Below, in pieces: positions 49,141 to 57,918 of a stretch of DNA of 64,000 nt; positions within the stretch are counted from its first letter, which is position 1, and every line of letters starts with the position of its first letter. The stretch is taken from contig CAZKTS010000038.1 in NCBI GenBank assembly GCA_964555735.1, forward strand, positions 6,929 to 70,928. The letters are read 5' to 3'. The notes beneath the pieces are model-generated. The model worked only from the letters and a program-made list of their open reading frames with translations. It made no database searches and was not told the origin of the DNA. Origin of the DNA: an uncultured Bifidobacteriaceae bacterium. Its GTDB lineage: Bacteria > Actinomycetota > Acidimicrobiia > IMCC26256 > PALSA-555. The translations under genes were made by a program, and so were the position numbers.

Positions 49141-49581
49141 TCAGGAGCAGAGCTCGAACCAGGCACGGGTGCGTCCGCCGCCCACGTCGGCGCCCCACCG
49201 TTCGGCGAGGGCCGCCACGATGAGCAGGCCGCGGCCCGAGCCCGTGATGTCGTCGGGGTGCTGAACGGTGCGCTCGCTCACGTCGTCGTCGAGGATGCTC
49301 ACGCAGATCCTCTCCCCCTCATCGACCACCTCGAGGGTGATCTCGCCTCGGCCGTGGACGACCGCGTTCGTCACGAGCTCGCTCACGAGGAGCTCGCACG
49401 CCGGGCGCAGGTGCGGAACGTGCCACTCCTCGCAGCACCGGGCGCAGTAGCGGCGAGCCAGCGCGGGAGCGTCGTGCGTCCGCGGCAGCTCGAACACTCG
49501 CGCGCGATCGGGCCGCCGCCGCCCCGCGCCGTGTGCAACGTGCAGGTCAGCCCCGTGTCGTCGATCGGAGCCGTTCCGCAT
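49141..49581 (-). CDS. RsbW/SpoIIAB-like anti-sigma regulatory factor (GHKL ATPase)
   Basis: ...ACELLVSELVTNAVVHGRGEITLEV...GSGRGLLIVAALAERWG... The start is uncertain (ATG 49581 or 49647). Confidence 0.65.
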   Translation of the reverse strand: MRNGSDRRHGADLHVAHGAGRRRPDRARVFELPRTHDAPALARRYCARCCEEWHVPHLRPACELLVSELVTNAVVHGRGEITLEVVDEGERICVSILDDDVSERTVQHPDDITGSGRGLLIVAALAERWGADVGGGRTRAWFELCS

Positions 49582-49661
49582 GGCGGGACCTTCCGAGCCG
49601 CTCGTTCGCCCCGCGTCCAGGGTGTACCCGCCCCGGTGGCGGAGCATGCACCGGCAGCCCG

Positions 49662-50564
49662 TCAGTCGGCGTCGAGCTCGGTCAGCGAGGCCCGGGCCTC
49701 CTCCGCGGCTCTGCGAGCGTCGCGCGCCGCTCGACGCGACTGCTCGGCCGCGTCACGAGCCGCTGCGGTGCGGGATCGGGCGTCGGCCAGCGCAGCCTGG
49801 GCGCGCTCGCGGGCCCGTTCGACGTCGTCGAGATGCGCCCGCGCCGCCTGCTCGTCGAGCTCGGCACTGGCCGCCTCGGCATCGGCTTCCCCCACGGCTT
49901 CATCGGCGGCACGCGCCGCGGCGGCGGCGCTCGTCGCCGCCCGCTCCGCGCGCTGACGCTCACGATTCCGTCCTCGCCGCGGCGGGGCCGGCGCAGCCCG
50001 CTCGCGAGGCGCGACGGCGACCGGCGGGCCGAAGCCGCTCGGCGGGAGGAGCGGCTTGGTCAGCCGACCGCGCCGCAGCTCGTCGGTCGCCGCGGGATCG
50101 AGGGTCGCGGCGTCGAGCGTGTCCGCGATCGCGTCCCGGTACTGCACGGGCTTCGGTGCATGGCCCCGGGCCAAGCGCACACCCTCCTCGGTGAGGCGGG
50201 TGAGGAGGTCGGCACGCGCGCGAACGGCCTCGCGCAGCTGCTCGGCATCACCGCCGCGGAGCGCGCCTTCTTGTGCCGCCGCGACCGCAGCGGTGGCGTC
50301 CACCAGGTCCTCGATGGCGTCCGGCTCGGTGCGCACGAGCTGGTTGCACGCCCACGCCGCGAGATGGGGCCGACGGTGCCGCTTCAGCGCGGCCGCCGCG
50401 TCCGGATCTCCCGCGCCGCGCAGCGCTCGCTCGAGCTTCGACCGGACCAGCACGAAGTCCTCCGGCGTGACGCCGTAGAGCTCGTCGAGCGCGGTCTCGA
50501 GGTCAGCAGTCGGAGTCTCGTCGATGTCCCGATGGTACGGGCGCCCGGCGGTGACGGAGGCCAC
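49662..50564 (-). CDS. hypothetical protein: N-terminal helical domain plus Ala/Arg/Glu-rich coiled-coil tail
   Basis: GTG 50564 lies 3 nt after the DUF488 stop. ...LDELYGVTPEDFVLVRSKLERALRGAGDPDAAAALKRHRRPHLAAWACNQLV..., then ...ERARERAQAALADARSRTAAARDAAEQSRRAARDARRAAEEARASL. Confidence 0.5.
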   Translation of the reverse strand: MASVTAGRPYHRDIDETPTADLETALDELYGVTPEDFVLVRSKLERALRGAGDPDAAAALKRHRRPHLAAWACNQLVRTEPDAIEDLVDATAAVAAAQEGALRGGDAEQLREAVRARADLLTRLTEEGVRLARGHAPKPVQYRDAIADTLDAATLDPAATDELRRGRLTKPLLPPSGFGPPVAVAPRERAAPAPPRRGRNRERQRAERAATSAAAAARAADEAVGEADAEAASAELDEQAARAHLDDVERARERAQAALADARSRTAAARDAAEQSRRAARDARRAAEEARASLTELDAD

Positions 50565-50566
50565 GA

Positions 50567-51124
50567 TCAGGTGCCCGGCACGAGGTCGAGCACCGCGCAC
50601 CGAGCTGCATCCGCGAGCCGCGCCGCGAGCAGCGAGCGGTGGCAAGCCGCCGGCTCCTGCTCGACGCAGAGCAGCGCGGTCGGGCCGGCGCCGGAGAGCC
50701 GGGCCGCGAGCGCGTCGAGGTCGACGGGCGCGAGCACCTCCTCCAGATAGCCACGCACGTAGCCAGGCGCGAGTCGACGCCGCGAGCGCTTGCCCACTCC
50801 TTGGCGTTCATCCTCCGCGTACTGGAGCCGGCGCAGCTCGGTCGTCGGAGCCAGCTCGCGGTGGTGCTCGTACCGGAAGCCCTCTCGCTCCAACCTCGGC
50901 ACCAGGCGTCCGGCGTTGGCCCACGCGTACTGGGGCCCGCGCACCCCTCGGCGCTGCCGCACGTCCCAGACGGTCAGGACCCGCGCCGCGTGGAGCGCGC
51001 CCACGAACGAGTCCACGTCCCAGTCGTAGACCCCGATCGTCACGATTCCCGGCGGCGCCACGAGCCGTCGGTACCCACGCCGCCAACCGGTCAATCGAAG
51101 CACGAGCACGAGGTGTGCGATCAT
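50567..51124 (-). CDS. DUF488-family protein
   Basis: ...IVTIGVYDWDVDSFVGALHAARVLTVWDVRQRRGVRGPQYAWAN...GFRYEHHRELAP...LLCVEQEPAACHRSLLAARL (C-x-E...CHR) follows the DUF488 pattern. Confidence 0.7.
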   Translation of the reverse strand: MIAHLVLVLRLTGWRRGYRRLVAPPGIVTIGVYDWDVDSFVGALHAARVLTVWDVRQRRGVRGPQYAWANAGRLVPRLEREGFRYEHHRELAPTTELRRLQYAEDERQGVGKRSRRRLAPGYVRGYLEEVLAPVDLDALAARLSGAGPTALLCVEQEPAACHRSLLAARLADAARCAVLDLVPGT

Positions 51125-51175
51125 CACGCCGGGCGTGACGGGTACGCGCCGCCGCTGCGGCGGAGTGGAGCTTCG

Positions 51176-52507
51176 ATGGAGATCCCGACCGATCCTCGGG
51201 TCGATGAGCACGGGGACCGCGATGCCCTGCTCGCTGCGCTCGAGGCCGCGCTCGAGCGGAGCCATCACCTCCAGGAGATCACCGCGCGCCTCGCCGACGC
51301 CCGCTCGGTGGCCGACGTGGCGCGAGCCGTGCTCGTCTCGACCCGTCGCTCACTCGACACCCTGTACGCCGGCATCGCCCTCGTCGACGAGAGCCGGCGG
51401 TTCCTCGAGTTCCAGGCGATCGACGACCTGCCCGAGCAGACCCGCGCCGAGTGGGCGCGGGTGCCGCTCTCCGTCGATGCACCCGTGACCCTGGCGAGTC
51501 GCACCGGCCGCGTGCTGTTCCACGAGTCCACCGAGGCATTGCTGCGCGACCACCCCGCGCTCGCCGAGACGATGGCGCTCGACGGCCAAGGCGCCTTCGC
51601 GAACGTCCCCCTCATCACCAACGGTCAGACCTTCGGCGTCCTCGCGATCTCGTGGCCCGCGCCCCGGAGGATCGACGAGCCCGACCGCGACTTCATCCTC
51701 ACACTCGCGAGCCAGGCGGCCCAGGCCATCGAGCGCGCGCAGGTGATCGAGCGCGAGCGCGCCGCGGCTGCGACGCTGCAGCGCGCAGTGTTCCCAGAGC
51801 TCCGCGGTGGGTTCGACGACGTGCAGTGCACGGGGCGCTACGTGGCGGCGGACGTCGGCATCGACGTCGGTGGCGACTGGTACGACGCGTTCGAGCTGAG
51901 CGACGGATCGCTGCTGTTCGCGATCGGCGACGTCGCCGGCCACGGACTGGCAGCCGCAACCACGATGGTGCAGCTCCGCAACATGCTGCGCGCGTACGCC
52001 TTCGTGGTGATGGAGCCGGCCGCGGTCCTCGAGCGGCTCGACACCATCCTCGGCGAGACCGGCAGCGACCAGTTCGCCACGTGCTTCGTCGCCCGCTTCG
52101 ATCCCACGACCCGGGTCCTGACATCGGCCAGCGCCGGCCATCCCGCGCCGATCGTGGTCGTGCCCGATCGACCGGCCGACCAGCTCACGGTGGTGCCTGC
52201 GCCCCTGCTCGGCGCCCGCGGCGAGCAGCTGCAGAGCAGGACGTGGATGCCGCCAGGCACCCGCATGTTGTGCTTCACCGACGGGCTCGTGGAGCGCCGG
52301 TCCACGCCGATCGACGAGGGGGTCGCGCGCGTGCTCGCGACCGTGGAAGAGGTGCGGGACGCGCCACTCGAAGCCGTGTGTGACCGGCTCCTGCACGCGA
52401 CTGCCGATGCCGAGCGCGGGGACGACGTCTGCCTGCTCGGCATCGACTTCGGTCGGGGCCGACGGTTGCGGTTCCCGGGTCAGCGTCGGCGCGGCCGCCG
52501 CGGCTGA
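51176..52507 (+). CDS. GAF-domain plus PP2C/SpoIIE-type serine phosphatase (RsbU-like)
   Basis: ATG 51176. GAF-like N-terminus, then ...RYVAADVGIDVGGDWYDAF...LFAIGDVAGHGLAAATTM...FTDGLVERR...DDVCLLGI, which are SpoIIE motifs. Confidence 0.85.
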   Translation: MEIPTDPRVDEHGDRDALLAALEAALERSHHLQEITARLADARSVADVARAVLVSTRRSLDTLYAGIALVDESRRFLEFQAIDDLPEQTRAEWARVPLSVDAPVTLASRTGRVLFHESTEALLRDHPALAETMALDGQGAFANVPLITNGQTFGVLAISWPAPRRIDEPDRDFILTLASQAAQAIERAQVIERERAAAATLQRAVFPELRGGFDDVQCTGRYVAADVGIDVGGDWYDAFELSDGSLLFAIGDVAGHGLAAATTMVQLRNMLRAYAFVVMEPAAVLERLDTILGETGSDQFATCFVARFDPTTRVLTSASAGHPAPIVVVPDRPADQLTVVPAPLLGARGEQLQSRTWMPPGTRMLCFTDGLVERRSTPIDEGVARVLATVEEVRDAPLEAVCDRLLHATADAERGDDVCLLGIDFGRGRRLRFPGQRRRGRRG

Positions 52508-52514
52508 GCGCGGC

Positions 52515-52757
52515 TCAGGGCGTGCCGCTCCCCGGGCTCTCGGGCCCCGGCGTGCCGGCGTTGCCGTCGTCCTGGTCGGGGCCCGCCGACGGCCCCTCGG
52601 GCAGATTCTGGCTGCCGCCGCTCGTCGGCACCACCTCCGGGGTGGTGTTGCCGGGTGTCGTCGGCGCAGTGTCCTCGTTGCTGCTGCAGGCACCCAACGC
52701 GAACGCGCCACACGCGAGCGCGGCCGCAAGGACGCGCGCGGTTCGTCGCGTCGTCAT
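52515..52757 (-). CDS. small Pro/Gly/Thr-rich lipoprotein
   Basis: From ATG 52757: MTTRRTARVLAAALACGAFALGAC-SSNED (lipobox), followed by a low-complexity tail. Confidence 0.5.
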   Translation of the reverse strand: MTTRRTARVLAAALACGAFALGACSSNEDTAPTTPGNTTPEVVPTSGGSQNLPEGPSAGPDQDDGNAGTPGPESPGSGTP

Positions 52758-52780
52758 CGGCGAGTGGTTGCGCCCTGGAC

Positions 52781-52975
52781 TCAAGCGGACCGACGGAGGT
52801 CGGCGCTCGGCGCCGACGTCGGGTACGGGTCGTCCTCGGCGGTCACGTCGCCGAACCAGGTCCGAAGCTGCTGACGGGCATCGCGACGGCGCTGGGCACC
52901 GCGTTCACCGTCCATGAACCATGCGCCGGCCGCGCCGACGGCGATCCACGGCAGTCGCTTCATGAGCTTGATCAT
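52781..52975 (-). CDS. small hypothetical protein (64 aa, one hydrophobic segment)
   Basis: MIKLMKRLPWIAVGAAGAWFMDGERGAQRRRDARQQL... High GC3. The start shares one nt with the upstream stop (TGATG). Confidence 0.45.
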   Translation of the reverse strand: MIKLMKRLPWIAVGAAGAWFMDGERGAQRRRDARQQLRTWFGDVTAEDDPYPTSAPSADLRRSA

Positions 52976-53565
52976 CAGGCCATCTCCTCATCGTGGACAG
53001 TCGAGCTCGGGGCGGACACGGCGCCGGCGCGGTCCACCGAGAGCGGCGCACTTGCGGTGGGCGGACGCACCACCTCGCTCGCGCCGAGCGTCCGGAGCGC
53101 GTCCTCCGCGTCGTCGGGGGCGTCGAGCACCGCGAGCCACGCCTCGCCCTCCCCCACGTCCTGGAACGCCAGGTGCCAGCTCTCGGAGAGCCCGACGCCT
53201 CGTTCCACCGTGGCGAAGATGCCGACGACGGCCCCGAGCATCCCGAAGGCGACGACGACCATCACCTGGGCAAGCTCGTGCTGACGCACATCTTCGAAGA
53301 GGAGCACCGAGATCCCCACGATCGCGGCGCTGACGAGGAGGCCGCCACAGAGACCGAGCACGCCGCCGCGCAGGATCATGCCGAGCACACGACGCGACAC
53401 GCGTCGGTCCGGCCCGGTCACCGTGTGCACCTCACGCGCCTTCGCGACCTGGCCCCCCACCAGCGTCAGGTCGGCGCCGTCGACACCCTGGTTCTCGAGC
53501 GCCTTCAGCGCGTCGCCGGCGGCCTCCATCGACTCGAACCTGGCCATCAGGCCCACCGCGCTCAT
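52975..53565 (-). CDS. membrane protein with a cytosolic N-terminal domain (general-stress-like)
   Basis: From ATG 53565: MSAVGLMARFESMEAAGDALKALENQGVDGADLTLVGG..., then two TM helices (VLGMILRGGVLGLCGGLLVSAAIVGISVLLF and VMVVVAFGMLGAVVGIFATV). Confidence 0.6.
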   Translation of the reverse strand: MSAVGLMARFESMEAAGDALKALENQGVDGADLTLVGGQVAKAREVHTVTGPDRRVSRRVLGMILRGGVLGLCGGLLVSAAIVGISVLLFEDVRQHELAQVMVVVAFGMLGAVVGIFATVERGVGLSESWHLAFQDVGEGEAWLAVLDAPDDAEDALRTLGASEVVRPPTASAPLSVDRAGAVSAPSSTVHDEEMA

Positions 53566-53617
53566 GGGGATCACGTGCCCACTCCCCCGCACCGGGAAAC
53601 CCCCGTGCGTCAGGTGC

Positions 53618-54025
53618 ATGGCGGGACCTGGCGCCGGGTACGAGCGCAGGGTGACCACGAGGGCGCTGCGCGAGCGCCTCCGCGACGACCACGCCGATCT
53701 CCTGCAGCTCCTCCAGCAGTACGAGCTCGGCACGAGGAACGGCGCGGCCCTCGAAGCCGCGACCCAACGCCACGTGCAGGCCGTAGAGGCCGTGCTGGTG
53801 CCGGCCGCGCGCGCGCAGCGGCCCGCACCCGACGCGTCGATCGACGCGATCGGCGCCGCGCTCGACGATGTGCGCCGAGCGGCCCCGGTGGGCTCGCAGC
53901 TCAGGGAGCCGCTCATGCGCCTCGTCGCCCTGGAGGACCTGCTCGTCGACGGCCTCGACGACGCCACCCAGGCAGGTCTGGGTGAGGACTTCGCACAGCA
54001 CCAAGCCGACGTCGGCAACAGCTGA
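53618..54025 (+). CDS. hypothetical helical protein
   Basis: ATG 53618. MAGPGAGYERRVTTRALRERLRDDHADLLQLLQQYELGTRNG... High GC3. No family recognised. Confidence 0.5.
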   Translation: MAGPGAGYERRVTTRALRERLRDDHADLLQLLQQYELGTRNGAALEAATQRHVQAVEAVLVPAARAQRPAPDASIDAIGAALDDVRRAAPVGSQLREPLMRLVALEDLLVDGLDDATQAGLGEDFAQHQADVGNS

Positions 54026-54048
54026 CGTCCCCAGCACGGAGGAAGATC

Positions 54049-54300
54049 ATGCCGAGCAAGCGAGCCAACGTGAAGAACGAGAAGCAGTACGAAGCCCTCA
54101 AGGACAAGGGCATGTCGAAGTCACGCGCGGCCAAGATCGCCAACTCGCCCGGCGCATCGAAGCGCGGCGGGAAGAGCTCGGGCTCAGCCGCGTCGAAGAG
54201 GTCCTCGGGGACGGGCTCGGGCGGCAACCGTTCGCAGAAGGCCAAGGCCGGAAGCAAGGGTGGCAAGGCCACCGCGCGGAAGCGCTCGCGCTCGTCATGA
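54049..54300 (+). CDS. small basic Lys/Ser/Gly-rich conserved protein
   Basis: Strong RBS GGAGGAAG. MPSKRANVKNEKQYEALKDKGMSKSRAAKIANSPGASKRGG... Confidence 0.65.
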   Translation: MPSKRANVKNEKQYEALKDKGMSKSRAAKIANSPGASKRGGKSSGSAASKRSSGTGSGGNRSQKAKAGSKGGKATARKRSRSS

Positions 54301-54698
54301 CGACCGAGCCGATCCTCGACACCGGCCTCGGCACCTACGGCATCGACACCCACCTGCTCGCCGGCGCGGTCGATTCGCTCGAGCGGTGCGCGGCCGCGTG
54401 CACCACGTGCGCGGACCTGTGTGTGATCGAGACACCCGGACCGGCGCACGTCACGTGCATCAGGCGGTGCTGGGCGACTGCAGACCTGTGCCGCGCGCTG
54501 GCGACGACGGTCGCTCGCGACGGTGCGGTCGAGCCCGGTGTCCTCGGACGCCTGCTCGACGGCTGCCGAGAGCTCTGTCGTTCGACGGCCGCCGAGTGCG
54601 AGCGCCACGACACGGACCACTGTCGCGAGTGCGCCGAGCTCTGTCGCCGGTGCGCGTCCGCCTGTGCGGCTCTCGAGAAGGAGCTCGCCGCACCCTGA
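54297..54698 (+). CDS. Cys-rich four-helix-bundle (DUF326-type) metal-binding protein
   Basis: ATGA overlap with the upstream gene. Repeated C-x2/3-C helices: CAAACTTCADLC, CIRRCWATADLC, CRELCRSTAAEC, CRECAELCRRCASAC. Confidence 0.75.
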   Translation: MTTEPILDTGLGTYGIDTHLLAGAVDSLERCAAACTTCADLCVIETPGPAHVTCIRRCWATADLCRALATTVARDGAVEPGVLGRLLDGCRELCRSTAAECERHDTDHCRECAELCRRCASACAALEKELAAP

Positions 54699-54707
54699 CG
54701 CGGCCGC

Positions 54708-55193
54708 TCAGCGGGCGGCGCCGCTTCGCGGAGCGCCGCGCGCTCGTTCGAGCACGCGGTCGGCAAAGCCGGCTGCGTCGTCGCCCTCGACCACATCGAC
54801 GACGGCGCCGTCCGCACCCACGAGCACCGCGACCGGATGGTCGGGTGGATCGTCGCCGAGGAACGCGTGGGAGATCGCGTGTGCCTCGTCGGCGAGGATC
54901 GTGACGGCGTACTGCGCCTCCTCACTCATGGCCCGCAACTCCCGAGGGGAGGACGGGAGGACCACGAGCAGCTGCCAGCGCCGGTGCCCGAACTCGACCA
55001 GGCACTCGTCGAGCTCGGCGAGCGCGACCTGGCCGGTGGGATCGCGGCCATCGGCCAGGAAGACCAGTGCGACAGGGACCTTCCCGTGGAAGGAGTCCGC
55101 GTCGAGCGTCTGACCGTTGCTCGACGGCGCCCGGAAGGGCGGGGCGGGGTCACCGACGCGCACACCGACCCGGGTGTCGTCCGCTGCGCTCAT
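54708..55193 (-). CDS. peroxiredoxin/redoxin-fold protein lacking the peroxidatic Cys
   Basis: From ATG 55193: ...VGDPAPPFRAPSSNGQTLDADSFHGKVPVALVFLADGRDPTGQVALAEL... This aligns to the Prx/BCP motif, but DPTGQ replaces TPGCT. Confidence 0.6.
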   Translation of the reverse strand: MSAADDTRVGVRVGDPAPPFRAPSSNGQTLDADSFHGKVPVALVFLADGRDPTGQVALAELDECLVEFGHRRWQLLVVLPSSPRELRAMSEEAQYAVTILADEAHAISHAFLGDDPPDHPVAVLVGADGAVVDVVEGDDAAGFADRVLERARGAPRSGAAR

Positions 55194-55377
55194 ACTGCTC
55201 TCCTCGCTCGGGCGATCGCTCCGCCTCGCCACGGAGCCTCCACGCACGCGTGCCCCCTTGCCACCTCTCGAAAACGTCGGAGGTCTCACAACAGGTTTCA
55301 CGACCGCAGCACCCGGGCAAGCGACCCACGACCCCTCAATGTCTTCTTCCGAGAGCACGCTTGCCGAGGAGCACGCC

Positions 55378-56346
55378 ATGGCCAACAGCTTCGGGTACAC
55401 CCTCTCCAGCGAGGAGCACGGGCCGCGCGACCTCGCCCAGAACGCGGCGTTCGCCGAGTCGTTCGGGTTCGACTTCGTCTCGGTCTCCGACCACTTCCAC
55501 CCTTGGCTCGACGCGCAAGGGCACTCCCCGTTCGTCTGGGCGGTGCTCGGCGCGGTTTCGGAACGCACCGAGCAGATCGGTGTGGCGGTCGGGGTGACCT
55601 GCCCCATCGTCCGGGTGCACCCCGCGATCGTCGCTCAGGCCGCGGCCACGACCTCGCTGCTCAGTGAGGGCCGGTTCTCGCTCGGCGTCGGTACCGGTGA
55701 GGCGCTCAACGAGCACATCCTCGGGCATCGGTGGCCCCGTCCCGAGGTGCGGCGGGCCATGCTCGAAGAGGCCGTCGAGATCATGCGCGCGCTCTGGACC
55801 GGTGAGACCATCGATCATCGGGGCGCGTTCTACGAGGTCGAGAACGCGCGCCTCTTCGATCCCCCGGAGCAGGACCTGCCGGTGATCGTGTCGGGCTTCG
55901 GCGACGCGGCCACCGAGCTCGCGGGCCGGATCGGCGACGGCTTCTGGGGCCACGCACCGGACCCGGACACGATCGCGACGTACCGCGGCGCGGGGGGCAC
56001 CGGACCCGCCTACGCGCAGCTCAACCTGTGCTGGGCGGCCGACGAGGAGTCGGCCCGCAAGACCGTGCATCGGGTCTGGGCCAACGGCGCGATCCCGGGC
56101 CAGCTCTCCCAGGACCTCCCGACGTGGACGCACTTCGAGCAGGCCGCCGAGCTCGTCGACGAGGACGCGGCGGTCGCATCAGTGCCCTGCGGCCCCGACA
56201 TCGCGGAAGCGATGGCCAAGACGGTGCGCGAGTACGTGACCGCGGGCTACGACCACCTCTACTTCCACCAGATCGGCCCGGATCAGGAAGGGTTCTTCGG
56301 CTTCTGGGAGCGCGAGCTCGCCGCTGCGGTCCGCGAGGTTGGCTGA
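55378..56346 (+). CDS. LLM-class F420-dependent oxidoreductase (G6PDH-related subgroup)
   Basis: ATG 55378 follows GAGGAG. MANSFGYTLSSEEHGPRDLAQNAAFAESFGFDFVSVSDHFHPW...RFSLGVGTGEALNEH... Confidence 0.85.
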   Translation: MANSFGYTLSSEEHGPRDLAQNAAFAESFGFDFVSVSDHFHPWLDAQGHSPFVWAVLGAVSERTEQIGVAVGVTCPIVRVHPAIVAQAAATTSLLSEGRFSLGVGTGEALNEHILGHRWPRPEVRRAMLEEAVEIMRALWTGETIDHRGAFYEVENARLFDPPEQDLPVIVSGFGDAATELAGRIGDGFWGHAPDPDTIATYRGAGGTGPAYAQLNLCWAADEESARKTVHRVWANGAIPGQLSQDLPTWTHFEQAAELVDEDAAVASVPCGPDIAEAMAKTVREYVTAGYDHLYFHQIGPDQEGFFGFWERELAAAVREVG

Positions 56347-57077
56347 GCCACGGCAAAGCCGTGCGCGTCGAGCAGGCGCGAGAAACGCGCCGCGTCGTCG
56401 GGCGCGGCGGCACCGGGATCGTTGTTGAAGTTCACCCACGCCTCGGCGTCGGTGCCGTAGGTCGATGCCAGCCGCTCGCACCAGGTAGCAAGCGCGCGCC
56501 GTCCGTACGACGGCCGGTCGTGCGCACGCCCCTCGTGGAACCGCACGTACGCCCAATCGGCCGTCCTGACCAACGGACCGTGGGCGCCGCGTCGGTCCCA
56601 CCACACGAGCGGGGCCTGGTGCTCGTACAAGACGTCGTACACCGCATCGACGTGCCACCGCTCGTCGCGCACCTCGACCGCGACCTTCGTGTCGGCGCCG
56701 AACGCGTCGAGAGTGGCGGCCAGCCGCCCCGCATCACACCGGAAGCGGGGCGGCAGCTGGAGGAGCACGACACCGAGCTTCGGTCCCAGGCGACGCGCCG
56801 CGCGCAGCAGCAGACGCGTGGGCTCACCGGGCGAGCGCAAGCGGCGGATGTGGGTGAGGTACCGGCTGGCCTTGACGGTGAAGACGAAGTCGGAGGGCGT
56901 CGCGGTGGCCCAGCGCTCGAAGGTCTCCTCGGTGGGGAGCCGGTAGAAGGAGTTGTTCACCTCGACGGTCCGAAATCGCGTCGCATACTCCTCGAGCCAT
57001 CGGCGCTGCGGCAGGCCGCGCGGGTAGAAGGTCCCGCGCCAGTCGGCGTACTGCCAGCCCGACGTGCCGATCAGCAC
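56283..57077 (-). CDS. DUF72-family protein
   Basis: From GTG 57077: VLIGTSGWQYADWRGTFYPRGLPQRRWLEEYATRFRTVEVNNSFYRLP... The 3' end overlaps the convergent LLM gene by 64 nt. Confidence 0.8.
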   Translation of the reverse strand: MLIGTSGWQYADWRGTFYPRGLPQRRWLEEYATRFRTVEVNNSFYRLPTEETFERWATATPSDFVFTVKASRYLTHIRRLRSPGEPTRLLLRAARRLGPKLGVVLLQLPPRFRCDAGRLAATLDAFGADTKVAVEVRDERWHVDAVYDVLYEHQAPLVWWDRRGAHGPLVRTADWAYVRFHEGRAHDRPSYGRRALATWCERLASTYGTDAEAWVNFNNDPGAAAPDDAARFSRLLDAHGFAVAQPTSRTAAASSRSQKPKNPS

Positions 57078-57277
57078 GCCGCCTCGACCTCCGTCGCGCC
57101 TCACCCGATCCGCTCCACGACGGCGAGCTTGTCGTAGGTGCCCAACGCCTCCATGGGCATCCCGTACCCGTACCCCCGTCGCGGCCAATCGGCGCGGCGA
57201 CCGCCGTGAGCGGTTGCGCGGCCCGTGGGACGGGTACGCCTCCCGCTCGATCACGATCCGATCACGAGGTGAACACC

Positions 57278-57901
57278 ATGGCCGAGGACCGCCTCGATGC
57301 CGTCCTGCTGAACTGCACCCTCAAGCGCGGCGGCGCGCCGTCCAGCACCGACGTGATCCTCCGGGAGGTCGCCGAGGCGCTCCGCGACGCCGGTGCCGAG
57401 CCGTCCGAGCCGATCCGCGTCGTCGACCGCGCGGTGCTGCCCGGTGTGACGTCGGACGAAGGCGACGGCGACGAGTGGCCGGCGATCCGCGAGCAGATCC
57501 TCGCCGCCGACATCCTCGTGCTCGGCACGCCGATCTGGCTCGGTCACCCCGGGTCGATCGCGCAGCGCGTGCTCGAGCGACTCGACGCGTTCCTCGACGA
57601 GACCGATGACCGCGGCCGGATGATCAGCTACGACCGGGTGGCAATGGTCGCCGTGGTGGGGAACGAGGACGGCGCGCACCACGTGTCGGCCGAGCTCTTC
57701 CAGGGCCTCAACGACGTCGGCTTCACGATCCCCGCCAATGGCGTGACGTACTGGGTCGGCGAGGCGATGCACGGCACCGACTACCGGGATCTCGACGCCC
57801 GTCCGAAGGAGACCGCCGAGACGACGCGCACCGCGGCCCGCAACGCCGCACACCTCGCCCGGGCGCTGCGCTCCGCGCCGTACCCCAACGGAGATCACTA
57901 G
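57278..57901 (+). CDS. flavodoxin-like NAD(P)H-dependent FMN reductase
   Basis: MAEDRLDAVLLNCTLKRGGAPSSTD...ADILVLGTPIWLGHPGS... Confidence 0.8.
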   Translation: MAEDRLDAVLLNCTLKRGGAPSSTDVILREVAEALRDAGAEPSEPIRVVDRAVLPGVTSDEGDGDEWPAIREQILAADILVLGTPIWLGHPGSIAQRVLERLDAFLDETDDRGRMISYDRVAMVAVVGNEDGAHHVSAELFQGLNDVGFTIPANGVTYWVGEAMHGTDYRDLDARPKETAETTRTAARNAAHLARALRSAPYPNGDH

Positions 57902-57918
57902 CCGGACCAGGAAGCGAT

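Noticed and set aside
57163-57238. 9-bp inverted repeat CGTACCCGT ... ACGGGTACG, 58 nt apart, in the DUF72 / FMN-reductase divergent region
   Set aside because: The spacing is too long for a simple operator and the intervening sequence shows no supporting structure. It could be chance in GC-rich DNA, so I noted it but did not call it.
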